Positions 27,463 through 36,033 of a DNA stretch of 64,000 nucleotides are shown here, in pieces. The notes beneath the pieces are model-generated. The model did not search any database, was not told the DNA's origin, and worked only from the letters and a program-made list of their open reading frames with translations. This DNA is from a virus (taxonomy: Duplodnaviria; Heunggongvirae; Uroviricota; Caudoviricetes), in the IMG/VR virus record IMGVR_UViG_3300035210_000151; one strand, written 5' to 3'. Within the stretch, counting starts at the first letter, position 1, and the number at the start of each line of letters is the position of its first letter. The translations under genes were made by a program, and so were the position numbers.

Positions 27463-27550
27463 GGAAGCGTGGCCGAGTGGTTTAAGGCAACAGTCTTGAA
27501 AACTGTCGGGTGTAACAGCCCCGTGAGTTCGAATCTCACCGCTTCCGCCA
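27463..27550 (+). tRNA. trnS: tRNA-Ser(UGA) copy 3
   Basis: Acceptor GGAAGCG/CGCTTCC, G73, CCA; near-identical to copy 2 with compensatory 7:66 change. Confidence 0.93.
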
Positions 27551-27556
27551 AATTAT

Positions 27557-27607
27557 GGGGAGAAGGGTTGTCTTTTATTTATAGAAGGCGATATCCGCTA
27601 CCCACCA
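27557..27607 (+). ncRNA. CCA-terminated mini-hairpin RNA, copy 2 (51 nt)
   Basis: GGGGAG...CTACCC-ACCA; covaries with copy 1; 9-bp hairpin. Confidence 0.65.
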
Positions 27608-27627
27608 TTTCATCGTCAAAAAACTTC

Positions 27628-27658
27628 AAGAACAACGCAATGTTGTTCTTTTTTTATT
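27628..27658 (+). terminator. Terminator of tRNA array
   Basis: AAGAACAAC-GCAAT-GTTGTTCTT plus T-run. Confidence 0.8.
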
Positions 27659-27671
27659 TATAAAATTTTAA

Positions 27672-27700
27672 TTGATTTTTTATGTAATTAAGAGTATCAT
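27672..27700 (+). promoter_or_regulatory. sigma70-type promoter of toxin-like cassette
   Basis: TTGATT-17 nt-TATCAT. Confidence 0.55.
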
Positions 27701-27732
27701 TCTTTTTCAATTTATGATAAGGGATTTAATTA

Positions 27733-28805
27733 ATGAAAATGAAGTTAAGATATTTTTTAGTGTTATTGTTATCACTTGTCATATCAACAAGTCAAGCAAA
27801 CTCTTTAACAAGTCACATACCTTTTTTTCCGTCTAAAAAAACTATTATTAAAGGTGTTCTGGTAACTGGAACTATTGGAGTGCTTGGCTACTATGTTTAT
27901 TCACAATTATCTAAATTTATTGAAAATACAATAAAAAAAATGATGAGGGAAAAATATCTGACTGGGAAACAGCTAATCTTATAGCTAAAGAAATTGATAA
28001 AATACTCAATAATCCTAAAAAAACAGATCAACAAAAAAGTCAAAGTGTTGTTGAAGCTCAACAATTGTTGCTTTATTATGCCATTGCGTACTATGAACCT
28101 AATGGAAACGATATTTATGATATTGCAATTAGGACCGCAAAAAAAGCAAATATTTATACTGGTGATTTCGATTATGAGTTACAACAAGGCATTAAAATGA
28201 CGACTGAAATTATGCGTAATATGATTTCATTAGCTAATGAAAAAGATATGGAAGATACTAAGTCAAAAAGAAATAAGTGTGATATTAATGATATAGCTGC
28301 TAGAACATATATTTACAATTCATTAAATCCAATTGATCCATTGTACACGGATGTTAATCGACCTATACGTGAATTTGACACTGGAGCTTATAAAAACTTA
28401 AACTTTGTAACCAAAAAATATGCAAAATTGTATAAAATAAAAGATAATTTTGATCATGATCATATTCCGTCTTTTGCTTCATTAAAAACTTATTTAGAAA
28501 ATAGAGATCAATATGTAATAAATTTTGATAATAAATTAAGGAACGTTATTCAACAAAATGGCACTGTAGTTGCAATTAATCAAGCAATGTACGCTGCTGG
28601 GCGAACGTATAAGGGGCGAGCTACATCTACTATGATAAGAGATTCAAAAGATCTTAGAAAAGCAACTATAAAAGATTTTAAGATGCATTATTATTATTAC
28701 AAAAAAAATGGATCAAGTAACCCTAGTTTTGAAACTTTATTTAATAAAGCTTTTATACAAACGTATCAAAGAAATAAAATGATGTGTTTATATGTTAACC
28801 GATAG
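27733..28805 (+). pseudogene. Frameshift-split exported polymorphic-toxin-like gene (signal peptide + TM + DHIPS nuclease-like domain); -1 shift at A8 27933-27940 gives 357 aa
   Basis: Frame 1 ORF 27733-27984 overlaps frame 3, which is open from 27924 to 28805; junction ATA AAA AAA A; DHDHIPSFASLK...RTYKGR resembles HNH-like toxin tips (from memory). Confidence 0.55.
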
Positions 28806-28813
28806 GAGATGTT

Positions 28814-29257
28814 ATGAATATTAAGATATTAGAAAATAATGAATATAGAGAAAAATTAGAAGAGTTCTTTTATGATGTTGAATTTACAAACATATATCCA
28901 TTTGAAGAGTATTTACTTATTAGTGAATCTTTAAAGCATAAAAAAGTGAAAAATTCGTGTGACATTATAAAAAAAAGCAATGTGTTTTGCAAAATTGCTA
29001 GTGAACATTATGCTATTTTAAAATTAAATGCAGTAGATTATATTGTTCAAATTAGTGATTATGGTGAAGTTGGCATTTGTGGTACAACTTTGTCTAATTG
29101 GATTGATTGTATTTTAAATATACATGGCGATGAAAACAACATTGAAGACTTCATGTCATTCTGTTTTGAAAAATTTAACATTCCTATTGAATATCCTGAT
29201 TATGAGGCTATGATGGAGATAGAAAGGCAATACTTGAAACCATTGATTGATTGTTAA
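28814..29257 (+). CDS. Candidate immunity protein
   Basis: Acidic 147 aa gene 8 nt after toxin-like stop with AGGAG RBS; immunity role inferred from position. Confidence 0.5.
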   Translation: MNIKILENNEYREKLEEFFYDVEFTNIYPFEEYLLISESLKHKKVKNSCDIIKKSNVFCKIASEHYAILKLNAVDYIVQISDYGEVGICGTTLSNWIDCILNIHGDENNIEDFMSFCFEKFNIPIEYPDYEAMMEIERQYLKPLIDC

Positions 29258-29277
29258 TCACTTATTCATAACCATTA

Positions 29278-29305
29278 AAGAACAACACTATGTTGTTCTT
29301 TTTTT
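29278..29305 (+). terminator. Terminator, near-copy of 27628-27655
   Basis: AAGAACAAC-ACTAT-GTTGTTCTT plus T-run. Confidence 0.8.
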
Positions 29306-29415
29306 CTTCAGTTATTGTTAAAACCCATAAGATCTTATTAATTTCAAAACATTCTTGTAGACCAATCCTTAAAAATATCATAAGATATTAAAATAAACTA
29401 AAAAAGGTCTGTTTA

Positions 29416-30318
29416 ATGTACCAATTACAATCATTTGCAAAAAATGAAAAAGGCAGAGACTTCATTGTGGGTGATATACATGGTATGTATGACTCATTAA
29501 TGAAACTTCTCGAATCCGTCAACTTCGATAAAAACATTGATAGATTATTTTCTGTGGGTGATTTAATAGATCGTGGACCAAAATCAATGGAGGTTCTTTA
29601 TCTTAATAACCAGAGTTGGTTTTTCGCTGTATTGGGTAATCATGAAACCATGTTGCTCACTGGTCATTTATCGTATTCCAAAGATTGGGTTACGCATTTA
29701 AGCAAGAAAGAAAAAGAAACATGTCTGGATATTATCAAGACCTTACCGATTGCTATTGAAATAGAAACCAGTCTTGGCCCTATTGGATTGGTTCATGCCC
29801 AAGTCCCTACCCAGTTCAATGATTGGAATGAGTTCAAACACTATCTCACTGCAGCTAACCTATCCTATGAAATGAGTTCTATTAATGATTCTGGTAGTGT
29901 GATTAGAGATGCGTTGTGGGGTAGGAAGCGTATTTACAGAGAGTTGAAAAAGAATGGTACCGCATTTGCCAGAAAAGCTTACATCAAATTTATTAAAGAT
30001 GGCTTATGGAATAGAACGACCTTATACAGAATCATTACGACCAGAAAAACATTGCCTTACATTAAACATGGGCTATCATTCTCATTCCGATACATCATCG
30101 AAAAATTTAAACGTAAATTACACCCACAAAGTTATATCGACAATATTGCCTATACCTTTCATGGACACACCCCCGTTAAGAAACCATTACTATTAGGTAA
30201 TCAGTTCTTTATAGATACGGGAGCTGTGTATGGGATGAAGAAAAACAAACAAGGGTCTTTAACCATGATTGAAATTTGTGATGATTTAAAAGTTCACACC
30301 TTACTCATTGACCAATAA
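29416..30318 (+). CDS. Calcineurin-like metallophosphoesterase (PrpA/lambda NinI-like Ser/Thr phosphatase) with insertion
   Basis: GDIHG, GDLIDRGP, GNHE, HA, HGHTP, IDTG motifs. Confidence 0.85.
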   Translation: MYQLQSFAKNEKGRDFIVGDIHGMYDSLMKLLESVNFDKNIDRLFSVGDLIDRGPKSMEVLYLNNQSWFFAVLGNHETMLLTGHLSYSKDWVTHLSKKEKETCLDIIKTLPIAIEIETSLGPIGLVHAQVPTQFNDWNEFKHYLTAANLSYEMSSINDSGSVIRDALWGRKRIYRELKKNGTAFARKAYIKFIKDGLWNRTTLYRIITTRKTLPYIKHGLSFSFRYIIEKFKRKLHPQSYIDNIAYTFHGHTPVKKPLLLGNQFFIDTGAVYGMKKNKQGSLTMIEICDDLKVHTLLIDQ

Positions 30319-30322
30319 TTAA

Positions 30323-30697
30323 TTATTGTGGTGGATATATATCTTTTAATCGTTTAAATAACACATCAAGGTTTAACGTCTTTTCTATGTAGTCTGTATA
30401 ATCACCATATTTACCAACATCCGTTCCTTTTCTTTCATCCCACAAACCGGGTTTAATTAAATTTTGATATTGGTTATTATTAATAGTGGGAGCTACGAGT
30501 TCAAGGATTTCTCCAAAGATCTCACTTTCTGGATCGCCTTCATCTTCTATTTCAAATTGATCATCTGAATAATCTGCATGGCTTCCACCTACTCCACCGA
30601 TAACCCATTTATACTGGATAGGTGATTTATCAATATCGTGGATAGGCTTAATTGCAGTAATAAGAGAATTCACATCTTTAATTTTTTGAATATTCAT
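30323..30697 (-). CDS. Hypothetical protein
   Basis: AAGG RBS, 124 aa. Confidence 0.65.
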   Translation of the reverse strand: MNIQKIKDVNSLITAIKPIHDIDKSPIQYKWVIGGVGGSHADYSDDQFEIEDEGDPESEIFGEILELVAPTINNNQYQNLIKPGLWDERKGTDVGKYGDYTDYIEKTLNLDVLFKRLKDIYPPQ

Positions 30698-30840
30698 TTA
30701 ACATACCTTTTTGAATGACAATTATACCTTATTGATGACTTGAAATCAATATTATTATAATAATTTGTCTTTTAATCACTCGCTTGAACATTTGAAAATA
30801 TCTACTACTATTAGATAATAAACAATAATAATTTACTATT

Positions 30841-31197
30841 ATGATTAAAAATATTAAGCCAATGTTAAAGACTACCTGTAAAATAATGATGATTATTTAT
30901 TCTATTCTCTTATTGTTGTCGTTATCGCTTACGGGTTTAGTCTTCTTTGATATTTTAACACCTGACAGTGTTAGTATGGGGGAACCGCTCTTTTCATTAT
31001 TGTATTTAAAACTTAAGTGTACTGTTTTCTTGTTATTTTTTATTGGCGTTTTGTTTTCAATGGTAACTTCGAAAGAACGATATGTGCATACTGGATCATT
31101 TGATTCTGGTGAGTCTCTTTTGTTATTTGTGATGATTTGCTTATGTATGTTAAGTGTCGTTATTTTTCAACCGATCCCTTATCCACTATTTCCTTAA
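30841..31197 (+). CDS. Small 3-TM membrane protein
   Basis: Three hydrophobic segments. Confidence 0.6.
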   Translation: MIKNIKPMLKTTCKIMMIIYSILLLLSLSLTGLVFFDILTPDSVSMGEPLFSLLYLKLKCTVFLLFFIGVLFSMVTSKERYVHTGSFDSGESLLLFVMICLCMLSVVIFQPIPYPLFP

Positions 31198-31255
31198 ATT
31201 GCATTTAATCACTTTTTATGGTATAATATCTACCTTATCTCAGGAGAACAACCCC

Positions 31256-31657
31256 ATGTCTACAGAACGCAGTGCAGTATTGGTTATTGGTTGGCAGAAA
31301 AATGATTCCGAAAGCTTGACGGAAAAACTCTACCCAATTGCTCGTAAATTTGAGATTGAACACGACACTGATGACTTGCCTAACATTTTGAGTGAAGACT
31401 ACTCACATCTTTTTACTAAGTCGATGAGTAAAGAACTGAAAGCCCTTTGCGAAGAACAGGAAATTGAAATCGTGGCGGGTGCTGATGGTGACGAAGGTGG
31501 TTCTTGGTACTTTGGTTTTGGTATCCCTTATGTTCAAGGTAAGCCTGTTACTGACTTCTTGACGCTTGTTCATGACCTCAGCACTGTTCTGAAAAACTCA
31601 GTGGAAGGGATTGAAATCAGTGAACCAAAAGTTTACAACGTGATTAGTTGGTTCTAA
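31256..31657 (+). CDS. Hypothetical protein
   Basis: CAGGAG RBS before MSTERS; upstream TGGTATAAT. Confidence 0.7.
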   Translation: MSTERSAVLVIGWQKNDSESLTEKLYPIARKFEIEHDTDDLPNILSEDYSHLFTKSMSKELKALCEEQEIEIVAGADGDEGGSWYFGFGIPYVQGKPVTDFLTLVHDLSTVLKNSVEGIEISEPKVYNVISWF

Positions 31658-31671
31658 TCAAATTTAAGTAT

Positions 31672-31699
31672 AAAAAAAGCTCCTTTCTAGGAGCTTTTT
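31672..31699. terminator. Bidirectional terminator
   Basis: A7-GCTCCT-TTCT-AGGAGC-T5. Confidence 0.8.
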
Positions 31700-31711
31700 C
31701 TTTGTCACCGA

Positions 31712-32869
31712 TTAATCATCGACTTCTTCTTCATCTTCTTCGTTCTCTTTATCGAGATAAGCGACCACACTAAGCAGTAACGGAACATCAGTTGCCATAC
31801 AGTCAGAGAAATAAGTGTTCACTCTAAATCCTTTGAAAGAGTCAAAGACGAGAAATTCACTTTCATCCTCAAAATTATCCATATAGTAATTAGCTGATTT
31901 AGGGTAACTAACCCCTTTCATTTCAATAGGAAAGTTATAATAACTGTATGGATTACCCATTTCTTTCATCAGTTCGAGATACGTCTCATAATGGTTCATT
32001 TCATAATCCAGATTACCTGAAAAAATCTGAGCACAATTCCACACTTTAATTTGAGAGTTCTCTTTATTGAACACATAAGCAAAGATAGTGTTTTGTGATT
32101 CTTGAACAATCATTAAGCGTTTTTCATTGTTCACACAATATGCATGGTTATCCAAGTCATTAAATTCTAATTGCTTAGCTTCTGTATAGCTTCCGTCTCT
32201 CAGTTTTGGAATCCACTTAACAAAGAATTTAATAAGTTCATCGTCAAAACGTTGTGTATGAATAGCAAATTTAGTAGTGACCAACAATTCAATCGTTGCT
32301 TGTTCTTCTGGTGTGAACAACGATTTGAGTTTTACCATTACCTTTAATGTTTCATCACTCAAATAGATACTGACTGATTGGAATGTGCGGCTTGCAATAA
32401 TGTTGTTATAAAATGGATCAAGACGATCAACTCGTGTAGTTACAAACTGGTTAAGGTCGCAGAGTTCACTAATCTTAGTAAGATCCTTTTTAAATATATC
32501 AATGTCTTTTGATACTTTGTTCTTCAAGATGTCTTGAATTTCAAATACAGGCTCTGTTTTGTAATGAGACAGATAGATACGGTTATCTTGAGTATTATGA
32601 CGCAACTCATAACGTTCACCATCCAGAGTGAATTCAATTTTACCTTCTTTGTTTTTACCTTTTGCGTCTTGTTCAATTTTAGCAAAGATAGCAGTTTGTT
32701 CTGCGTCTGTCATTTTGCGGTATTCTTCCATTGTGCAGCCAAGGTTGAAATTAGCATTCGCTTCGAATTTATTGATAACTTGAATGAACTGTTCGGATTC
32801 TGTTGAGAAAAGCACTTCTGATAGTTTAAAGATTAAATCTTCGGTTGTTACTCGTTTTTGGGTAGACAT
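31712..32869 (-). CDS. Hypothetical protein with acidic C-terminus
   Basis: 385 aa, AGGA RBS. Confidence 0.75.
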   Translation of the reverse strand: MSTQKRVTTEDLIFKLSEVLFSTESEQFIQVINKFEANANFNLGCTMEEYRKMTDAEQTAIFAKIEQDAKGKNKEGKIEFTLDGERYELRHNTQDNRIYLSHYKTEPVFEIQDILKNKVSKDIDIFKKDLTKISELCDLNQFVTTRVDRLDPFYNNIIASRTFQSVSIYLSDETLKVMVKLKSLFTPEEQATIELLVTTKFAIHTQRFDDELIKFFVKWIPKLRDGSYTEAKQLEFNDLDNHAYCVNNEKRLMIVQESQNTIFAYVFNKENSQIKVWNCAQIFSGNLDYEMNHYETYLELMKEMGNPYSYYNFPIEMKGVSYPKSANYYMDNFEDESEFLVFDSFKGFRVNTYFSDCMATDVPLLLSVVAYLDKENEEDEEEVDD

Positions 32870-32916
32870 AGAGTGTGTTCCTATATTAATTTAGTGTTAA
32901 AAGTAGCTGCATTTTA

Positions 32917-33807
32917 TCATATTTTTACCATTTCAACAAGCAAAAAATATTCTTTCAATTCATTAACCGACAATGACTCTAATTCTTTTTTACTGATCTT
33001 TAAACGATTTGATAATACATTTATAATTTGATTTGAAAATAATTTATTGAAGTATTGTCGTATATCAGTTTCATTTAACTCATAGTATTTTTCTTGATTA
33101 ATATGTTGTGTGGTTAACGTTTTATCATCTGTATAGATATACATTTTATTGCTTCTTCCAACAGGCGTGACACAACTAATTTTTTTGTTGTCAAAGTAAG
33201 GTAACCTAATTTTGAAGTAAGGATGCATTGTATTGTCTGAATGCACTAAATAAATGAGATCAATATTAATGTAAGATTTCTTAAAGTGTTTATCTTTGAA
33301 ACCTTCACCTTTTTGCAGGATATTATTAAAATGAATCATAGCAACATTTTTGCTTGTAGTGCTAATATTCAATGTATGAAAATTAGCATTCAGGTGATTT
33401 TCTATATTTTCAGAATACTCTTTTTTATCAGTTATTTTTATAATTTCAGTTTTTGTGCCTTCATCAATAAACCAATCAATCACATTGATAATTTTATTAA
33501 AATCTGGCTGATACATTGTTTCAATGATTGAACCAATATTGATGTATTCTTCTTTCATCATGTATGGAGTATTAAAAACTAACCTACCTAGATAATTTTT
33601 ATCCAGATCCTTTATTTTTTCTTGTGGCTCGAATATGACTTGGGCAGTGACATAAGAATCGGGTGATGTAGATGTATAAACATTTCTCAGAATATAGTTG
33701 AACCTGTCTTTAATTAGAGATTCTTTCACATCAGTAAAAGTAAAATGTTTACTAAATGTTTTAAATAAGTTATTAACCGCTCTATGATTTGAAAAACTAG
33801 TAGACAT
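32917..33807 (-). CDS. ~300 aa paralog family member 1 (detached from main array), Met(-4) tag
   Basis: FKKSYINIDLIYLVHSDNTMHPYFKIRLPY; ends ELKEYFLLVEMVKI. Confidence 0.85.
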   Translation of the reverse strand: MSTSFSNHRAVNNLFKTFSKHFTFTDVKESLIKDRFNYILRNVYTSTSPDSYVTAQVIFEPQEKIKDLDKNYLGRLVFNTPYMMKEEYINIGSIIETMYQPDFNKIINVIDWFIDEGTKTEIIKITDKKEYSENIENHLNANFHTLNISTTSKNVAMIHFNNILQKGEGFKDKHFKKSYINIDLIYLVHSDNTMHPYFKIRLPYFDNKKISCVTPVGRSNKMYIYTDDKTLTTQHINQEKYYELNETDIRQYFNKLFSNQIINVLSNRLKISKKELESLSVNELKEYFLLVEMVKI

Positions 33808-33842
33808 ATTAATATCCTTTATTGATGAGAGTGAACTGTTTA

Positions 33843-34529
33843 TTAAATTTTTTGCATTTCGTCAACGAGTTGAAAATCTTTGATGATTTTTTGAGTGCCC
33901 TTGTAATCTTTAACAACGGTTTCAAGATCTATATTGTATTTTTTGATAGTATAATCATCTTCGAAAATAAAATAGATAACTCGTTCTCTGACATTGGTGC
34001 AGTAGTCTGGGGAATTCCACAGTCTGCTGTTTAATTTTTCAATAACCGTTATATCAGCTACATTATATTTTTTTGTGGCTGTGTTTGCAGAACTAGTAAT
34101 TTCAATATAAACATCTTCACTGCTTTTTACTTGGGTTAAATTAGCGTCATTAAAGGCACATTCAAAAATAAAAGTGAGTTCTTCAATGTCTGCAATTTCT
34201 TCATATTGACGAGCATAGTCAGCGATTGCATTGTTATCAATATCAAAATTAATATCGGTGAATTTGAATGCAATTAGCATGGTAAACGCATACACATAGG
34301 TTGCTTGTTCAAAACGAGATAGACCTTGTGATTGATCATAAAAAGAGTCATTGAAATAGTGACCAAATGCTGAATTTTTGAAGTTGCTTATAAAATTCTT
34401 ACACTTGACCATCTTGGTCTTATTGTCAGCAGAGATGTCCAGTGCTTTCCAATCTAACTCAGGGGTTTCTTTTTCGACCACAAAAAATCCATTTGATGTT
34501 AACGTAGGTGATTGTGCTATGGTTGTCAT
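33843..34529 (-). CDS. Hypothetical protein with Met(-4) tag
   Basis: Ends KDFQLVDEMQKI. Confidence 0.75.
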   Translation of the reverse strand: MTTIAQSPTLTSNGFFVVEKETPELDWKALDISADNKTKMVKCKNFISNFKNSAFGHYFNDSFYDQSQGLSRFEQATYVYAFTMLIAFKFTDINFDIDNNAIADYARQYEEIADIEELTFIFECAFNDANLTQVKSSEDVYIEITSSANTATKKYNVADITVIEKLNSRLWNSPDYCTNVRERVIYFIFEDDYTIKKYNIDLETVVKDYKGTQKIIKDFQLVDEMQKI

Positions 34530-34601
34530 GGGAAACCCTCTAATTGAAGGCCAATTATATCATAATTAGCCTTTATTAACAATGGATATCATCGCTTGCT
34601 A

Positions 34602-35021
34602 TTAAATAGCCTTTCTAAGTCTATTGTTATCAATGACTTTTTCTGGAATAGCGATAATGGCTACGTTCTTGTAAAAACTTTCATCCAAAGAGAACGCTGG
34701 AAAGTCAACATCAATGTCTGGGTTCATTTTCTTAAAGCTATCTTTAAGGAAAATAGTCTCAACCAGTGTTAAAGCACTGAATACATCGCCTGTTACGAGT
34801 AGGTGATAGTTATTCTTGTCCAACTGCTCAACATAGGCTTCAATCGCCATTTTCGTTAGCAATGATTCCGATTCTGAAAGATCTTGGCTTTTGAGTTTCT
34901 TTTTTAAGGATACCAAAACACATTCAACATCTTGAAATTCACAAAAGCTACTAAATTTAATGGTATTTTCAATTTCTAAAATGGCTTGATTTATTTTAAC
35001 AAACGAATGATGCCGACTCAT
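34602..35021 (-). CDS. Hypothetical protein
   Basis: GGAGG RBS. Confidence 0.7.
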   Translation of the reverse strand: MSRHHSFVKINQAILEIENTIKFSSFCEFQDVECVLVSLKKKLKSQDLSESESLLTKMAIEAYVEQLDKNNYHLLVTGDVFSALTLVETIFLKDSFKKMNPDIDVDFPAFSLDESFYKNVAIIAIPEKVIDNNRLRKAI

Positions 35022-35056
35022 GTAACCTCCATATTATAAATAAGTCATCTATTATA

Positions 35057-35962
35057 TCAGATTTTAATCATTTCTACCAGCACAAAATATTCTTTAAGTT
35101 CATCAATAGTGAGTTCGTTAACATCTGATTTTCTCATTTTTAATGTTTCACAAATAACATTTTTAGCTTCTGCCCTAAATTGATTTTCGAAAAAATCTGT
35201 CAATGATTGACTATCAACATCTATGCTATTCAACTTTCTCAAAAAATCATTTTTCAAGGGGACTTCACTGGCAGCAAAATACATTTTTTTAGGATTATTT
35301 ATTGGAATTATACACATTATTTTATTATGTGCTGAATAGGGGAATTTTATTTTAAAATATGGCTTAATAGTTTCATCAGGCTCTACAAGATGAATTACTT
35401 CGATATTAATATAAGACTTCTTGAAATAATTCTTTTGAGCACCCCGGCCTCGTTGAAGAATATTATTAAAGCTTACTGTTGCAATATTTTTGTCTTTGAA
35501 TTTTAATTGATTGAAATAACCATCATTGTAGAAATGAGTGTTCATGTGTGGGATATATTTTTTCATTTCGACACTGTTAATCAAACCAGACTCAATACCT
35601 TTGTTAATGAAAATATCGACAATATTGAGAGCTTTCTCAAAATCTGGTTTATATTTATCTTGAAGAAAATCAGCTATATTATTAGCTTTTTGACTAAGAA
35701 CAGTTCGCAATGTCGGGCCATAAGACATAACACTTATTTCTGGGTAGTAGTGTAGTTTTTCTTGGCTGCTTTTAGTTTTATTTTCAAAATATATTTGCAT
35801 AGTCCATTGATCATTTTCTGTTGTTGCTTTATAAATTGTAGCTGCAATATCATTATCAGAAAATCTTTGTTGTTCTACATTGTGTTGATTGAATACAAAT
35901 AAAGGTGAAATGGATTTCACAAAATGATTAACAGATGACTTATTGAGTAGTGTTTTAAACAT
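35057..35962 (-). CDS. ~300 aa paralog family member 2
   Basis: Start moved to MFKTLL after GGAG; ends ELKEYFVLVEMIKI. Confidence 0.85.
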   Translation of the reverse strand: MFKTLLNKSSVNHFVKSISPLFVFNQHNVEQQRFSDNDIAATIYKATTENDQWTMQIYFENKTKSSQEKLHYYPEISVMSYGPTLRTVLSQKANNIADFLQDKYKPDFEKALNIVDIFINKGIESGLINSVEMKKYIPHMNTHFYNDGYFNQLKFKDKNIATVSFNNILQRGRGAQKNYFKKSYINIEVIHLVEPDETIKPYFKIKFPYSAHNKIMCIIPINNPKKMYFAASEVPLKNDFLRKLNSIDVDSQSLTDFFENQFRAEAKNVICETLKMRKSDVNELTIDELKEYFVLVEMIKI

Positions 35963-36033
35963 GAAAGACTCCACAATTATGGCTAATTAATGTAGTATTA
36001 TACCATAAAGGACTTGGCTAAGTCCATATTTTG

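Noticed and set aside
26759-27550. TGA anticodons as selenocysteine or opal-suppressor tRNAs
   Set aside because: Anticodon UGA reads UCA (Ser); Sec or opal suppression needs anticodon UCA.
26656-27663. ORFs 26656-26943, 26765-26989, 26786-27049, 27217-27438 and 27469-27663
   Set aside because: They overlap tRNA genes, lack RBSs and repeat tRNA-derived text (MDSNHR, FESIT); shadow ORFs.
27994-28200. 68-aa ORF inside the toxin-like gene
   Set aside because: Alternative-frame shadow of the frame-3 coding region; no RBS.
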